Shown here one piece after another: positions 60,309 to 64,000 of a stretch of 64,000 nt of DNA; within the stretch, counting starts at the first letter, position 1, and every line of letters starts with the position of its first letter. The notes beneath the pieces are model-generated. The model did not search any database. It saw only the letters and a list, made by a program, of their open reading frames with translations, and was not told the origin of the DNA. This DNA comes from Anthoceros angustus (taxonomy: Eukaryota; Plantae; Anthocerotophyta). The stretch is taken from positions 198,369 through 262,368 of the forward strand of contig MU008178.1 in NCBI GenBank assembly GCA_010909165.1. The letters are read 5' to 3'. The position numbers and the translations under genes were made by a program.

Positions 60309-62432
60309 ACCATAAAGTGTTTTTAAAAGTTGACATACTTTATTAGGGTCTATAATAAAACCTTCCGGTTGAGCCATGTAGATGACCTCATCTAAGGTGC
60401 CATTAAGAAAAGCAGTTTTTACGTCTAACTGATGTACGAGGAGATTGTAGTGAGCAGCAAGGGCAAGGAGTATTCTTATGGAAGTAGACTTAACAACTGG
60501 GGCAAATGTTTCATTGTAGTCTAACCCCGCTACTTGACTATATCCCTTTGCCACGAGGCGAGCCTTATACCTACCAACACTACCATCTGTATTGAGTGTT
60601 TTTTTGAAGACCCACTTACAAGCAACTGGTTTACGACCATGAGGGAGATCTACAAGAACCCAAGTTTTATTAGAAATGAGAGATTTGATATTCAGACTCA
60701 ATAGCCTTCTGCCAAAAGGAAGCTTCAGGCCCTTCAATAGCTTCTCTATAGGTGGCGGGTTCACCTAATGAGTCTTGGAGGACGGTGTCTGGTAGAACAA
60801 CGTAGGACTTGAGGAGGCTCTTCATTGGCTTCGGTAACTTCTTCCTGACGTGTAGAGGGATCAAATAACTTGTAACCCTTCACATCGTCGGAGTAGCCCA
60901 CAAAAATCCTGCGAATAGCCTTCAAGTCCATCTTATGACGAGTAGCTACAGGTACATAAGCATAAGCTGGTGATCCGAATATACGCAAGTGCCCAATGCG
61001 GGGCTTGTGTCCTATCCATCTCTCATAAGGAGTAGTCAAACCAAGCTCCTTAGAAGGTAGTCGGTTGAGAACATAGTTAGCAGCCATCAACGCTTGACCA
61101 ATATCCGAGAGAGACTAGCAAAAGTGAGAGATGCCAAAGTAGCCTCCTAGAGTGTCCGGTTTTTCCTCTCGGCAAGAGTTACGGCGGAGTATACACGGTG
61201 AGTGTGATGGATCCTTCCGAAGAGCAAAAGTTCTGAAAAGCATGGCTGATGTACTCGCCACCATTGTCACTGCGTAAAATTTTAACCTTGTGACCTATCT
61301 GCTGGGTTGCAAAATGCACATAGGTTTGAAAATACATAAGAGCCTCTCTTTTATGTCTTAACACATAAACAATACAATAGCGGCTCCATTCATCTATGAA
61401 TGTAATAAAATAAATAGCTCCTTCAAATGAGCTGGTGGACATAGGGCCACAAATGTCACTATGAATAGTATCCAAAAGGGCAGAGGCCCTTGTTGAGTGG
61501 AGATCCGTATATGGCTTAGAAAAGGCTTTACTAAGTTGACAGGCGTCACAAAAGGGGTGACTAGAAGGGAGATAGGTAAGTGGATCTCGAAAACTATCAC
61601 CCTTTGTTAGAGATGCTAGACGTTGAAAATTGACGTGGGCAAGACGACAATGCCAAAGTTGCATTGAAGCTTGTCTTTGAATGGCATTAACAAACTGAGT
61701 GGGTTGAGGTTGCACTCGATTTGACATCTAATAAAATACAAATCATGAAAAGGGTGCCTATGAAAAGGTCCTGACTTGATGGAACATGCGTTACAGTGCA
61801 ACCAGATTGATCAAAGCAGACTCGGCAAGAGTGTTGTTGTGACAACTTAATCAATGACATCAAATTTTTGGTCATAGAAGGGACAAATAAAATGCCAGAA
61901 AGTATAAGTGAAGACTCGTCTAGGAGCTGTATGACCACTGAGCCCAAGCCTTTGATGGAAAGCCCACTGTCATCACCCAAAAGCACAAACTGATTGGCAT
62001 CATATGTGGGTGAGAAAGTTTTAAATGAGTGTCTGTCAAAACAAATATGACTAGTGGCTCCAGAATCTAAAAACCAAGTTTCTACTTGAGAATGGACAGA
62101 TGAAAGACAAACAGCTAAGATTGTGGGTGACTTAGCTTTTGTTGTTGTGACATTTGATTCAGGGAGACTTGTATCTCGTCAAGGCTCACCGGCCTTTTTC
62201 TTCCGGCAATCCTTCTCAATATGGCCGGGTATCTTGCACCAATAGAAAATGTATCTGCTACATTTTTCCAGGAAGTGCGGCTGGGGCGCTCCATATGCTT
62301 CCTTTTTTGCTATTTTGCCTGGTTGAAGGCAAGTGGGATGTATTCCCCTCTTCTATTTTTTTTTAGAGAAGCATAGCTACCCCATGAGGATTAACTACAT
62401 GGGGTATGAGCAGAATCAAGGCTCTAATACCA

Positions 62433-62673
62433 TAAAGAAGTTGGTAGCCTAGGATCGCATGTGCAAAGATCGTGCAAGAGGTAAGCAAGAGGGACAAGAG
62501 CAAGTTGGAATCGAAAGATGATACAAATTACACACAAAGAAAGGGTCTTATACAAAAACGGTTATTGACGGTTATTAATTAACGAATAATAAAACTAAGC
62601 CTAATTTAATTGTAACTGAAATCACCATTATGTTTTAACACATATCTATTCCAAAATAAGCTATATTCCATTA
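62433..62673 (-). repeat. Copia 5' LTR
   Basis: Abuts the PBS internally and the tttag TSD externally. Confidence 0.93.
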
Positions 62674-62810
62674 TTTAGGCCACCTTAAAATATGCGGGAG
62701 AGATTATTCTTCTGGTGTATTCCATCGATTGATAATAATATATATATTTATGCAGCTCATTGTAGCCTTTCGATCAATGCTTTGACAATTTCTTCCTTTC
62801 ATCCACAAGT
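62674..62810 (-). mobile_element. DDE-transposase-like relic, upstream half
   Basis: DERKKLSKH..KY..IDGIHQK..LPHILRWPK, similar to the IIDGMDQxKxxLPH motif of DUF7869-like transposases (recalled, not searched). Confidence 0.55.
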
Positions 62811-64000
62811 CGAATTCGGTGGGAGTCTAATGCGGCTCGGTAAACATATGCAACAAGCCGTGCAAAGACCATTTAGTGCAAGTATTGGATTGATTTGATC
62901 AACCGTACTGGGTGCCGGCATTCCGCCGTCACGCTGGCATCCCCCATAGAGGTGGGCGCCGGCATGCCAGCGCCCTACTACATGTGGCACTACTTTTGCT
63001 GATGGCCAGCTGGGCGTGCACCAGTCCCGTGTCGTTGCAATATGGGGTCCGTTCCCAAGAGAATAACTTGTTCCGTTTGCGCACGTTTTCCTACTCGACA
63101 CCCTCCGTCGTCGAGGGACGATCGCTTTCCCGCAGTCACCCGCCCCTACGCGTCAACCCACATAGACTGTGGTTAATCTACCCTTCACTTACGGCACACT
63201 ACTTACTCACCGTACAGGCCCGGGATGGCCAAGCGTTTAAGGACCCGTTCTCGTTCGGAATCTTCCTCTCTTCACTTACCGCCCTCACTTCGTTTTCCCT
63301 ATCACTCTCGTTCGCACCCAAGGTGCCTAGTTGAAGTTCACGGTCGGGTGTATGTAGGTTACAGACCTCTGCGTCGCATCCACCAGGTCGTCGCGTCCGG
63401 GCTCTACACGCCCTTCTTGGAGTCCGGCTAATCGCGCCCGCTCCGGTCCGCCGGCCGCTGAACCTCTGCCCTGGAGGAGCAGGGGTCCTGAGTCCTCCGC
63501 ACCCGCACTCACCACCACGCATTTAGGGTCCGTCACCAGGACCTGGATCAGTCTCTCCGGAGTAGTCTACCCGCTCAGTGACTCGGGACTCGTGTTAGCA
63601 ATAGACACACAAGGGCCTGCAAATGTAACGCGCCATCAACCCCAAAAGAAAGATCCCTTTACTTTAATGGCAATCGCCCTCTTATACTACGTCATGAGGG
63701 AGCGCCTTTATTACCCCCCTAATTCAAGCTAATGGCCAGCTCACTATGCCCAAGCAGGTGGCTCTCCACTTCCCATATTTTCCTACCTATGTCTACGGCG
63801 GTGGGGCTGTGGTTGACTACGATTCCCCCCCGACGCTGGCAGCCCAATCCCCAGCTCTGGCACCTGCGGAGCACCCAATCGGATAATCCGTGACCCCCGG
63901 AGACCCGTGGAGGCTCGTCCCCTACCCTAATTCAGCCGTGCGCTGGAGGTGGGCCGACAATTCACTACCACTAGATCGTCCTCCTCCGAGTAGTCTACCC

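Larger units (their letters stand above)
57165..62673 (-). mobile_element. Ty1/Copia LTR retrotransposon, both LTRs, PBS, PPT and 5-bp TSD; gag largely deleted, pol frameshifted
   Basis: 241-bp LTRs, TSD tttag, PBS tggtattagagc (tRNA-iMet-like), PPT aagtgggag; zinc knuckle CKIPGHIEKDC, WFLDSGATSH, LWHCRLAH, IHSDICGP, LRSDNGGEY, RYKARLVAKG, QLDVKTAFLNG, LYGLKQS, YVDD, HARSKHIEI, ADLLTKSL. Confidence 0.95.

Noticed and set aside
62820-64000. GC-rich terminal region with gagtagtctaccc repeated (~63560, ~63988), possibly an LTR or DIRS edge
   Set aside because: Truncated by the window end; no diagnostic protein motif or termini visible.

Overview
Eukaryotic land-plant nuclear DNA with compact, short-intron genes. 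It is most likely a hornwort; this is inferred from the PGQTWWTD 'WW-type' PG-box of the PLS-PPR protein and the gene compactness. Gene-dense core: PRP40 (3' part), PP6/FyPP phosphatase, Pro-X carboxypeptidase (S28), LON-domain protein, VPS50/syndetin, a 29-motif PLS-E+ PPR editing factor, DNA polymerase epsilon catalytic subunit and CRR1. Two transposon-rich islands interrupt it (about 9.4-17 kb and 47.8-64 kb). They hold CRE-like non-LTR retrotransposon halves in opposite orientations, a foldback element, a Gypsy relic, an orphan ABCG fragment, a CACTA-like element and a Copia element with non-canonical TA..TA LTR ends nested inside a DDE-transposase relic. Each island also carries one AT-rich small secreted cysteine-rich gene (DUF26/Gnk2-like and EG45/PNP-like). 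Most notable: the deaminase-less WW-type PPR packed <300 bp behind POL2A and followed by a dense hairpin cluster; serial re-duplication of the CRR1 stop-codon region; a duplicated PP6 first exon. No prokaryotic system, CRISPR array or structural RNA gene could be supported. Gene models were read by eye, so internal exon borders and relic boundaries are approximate.
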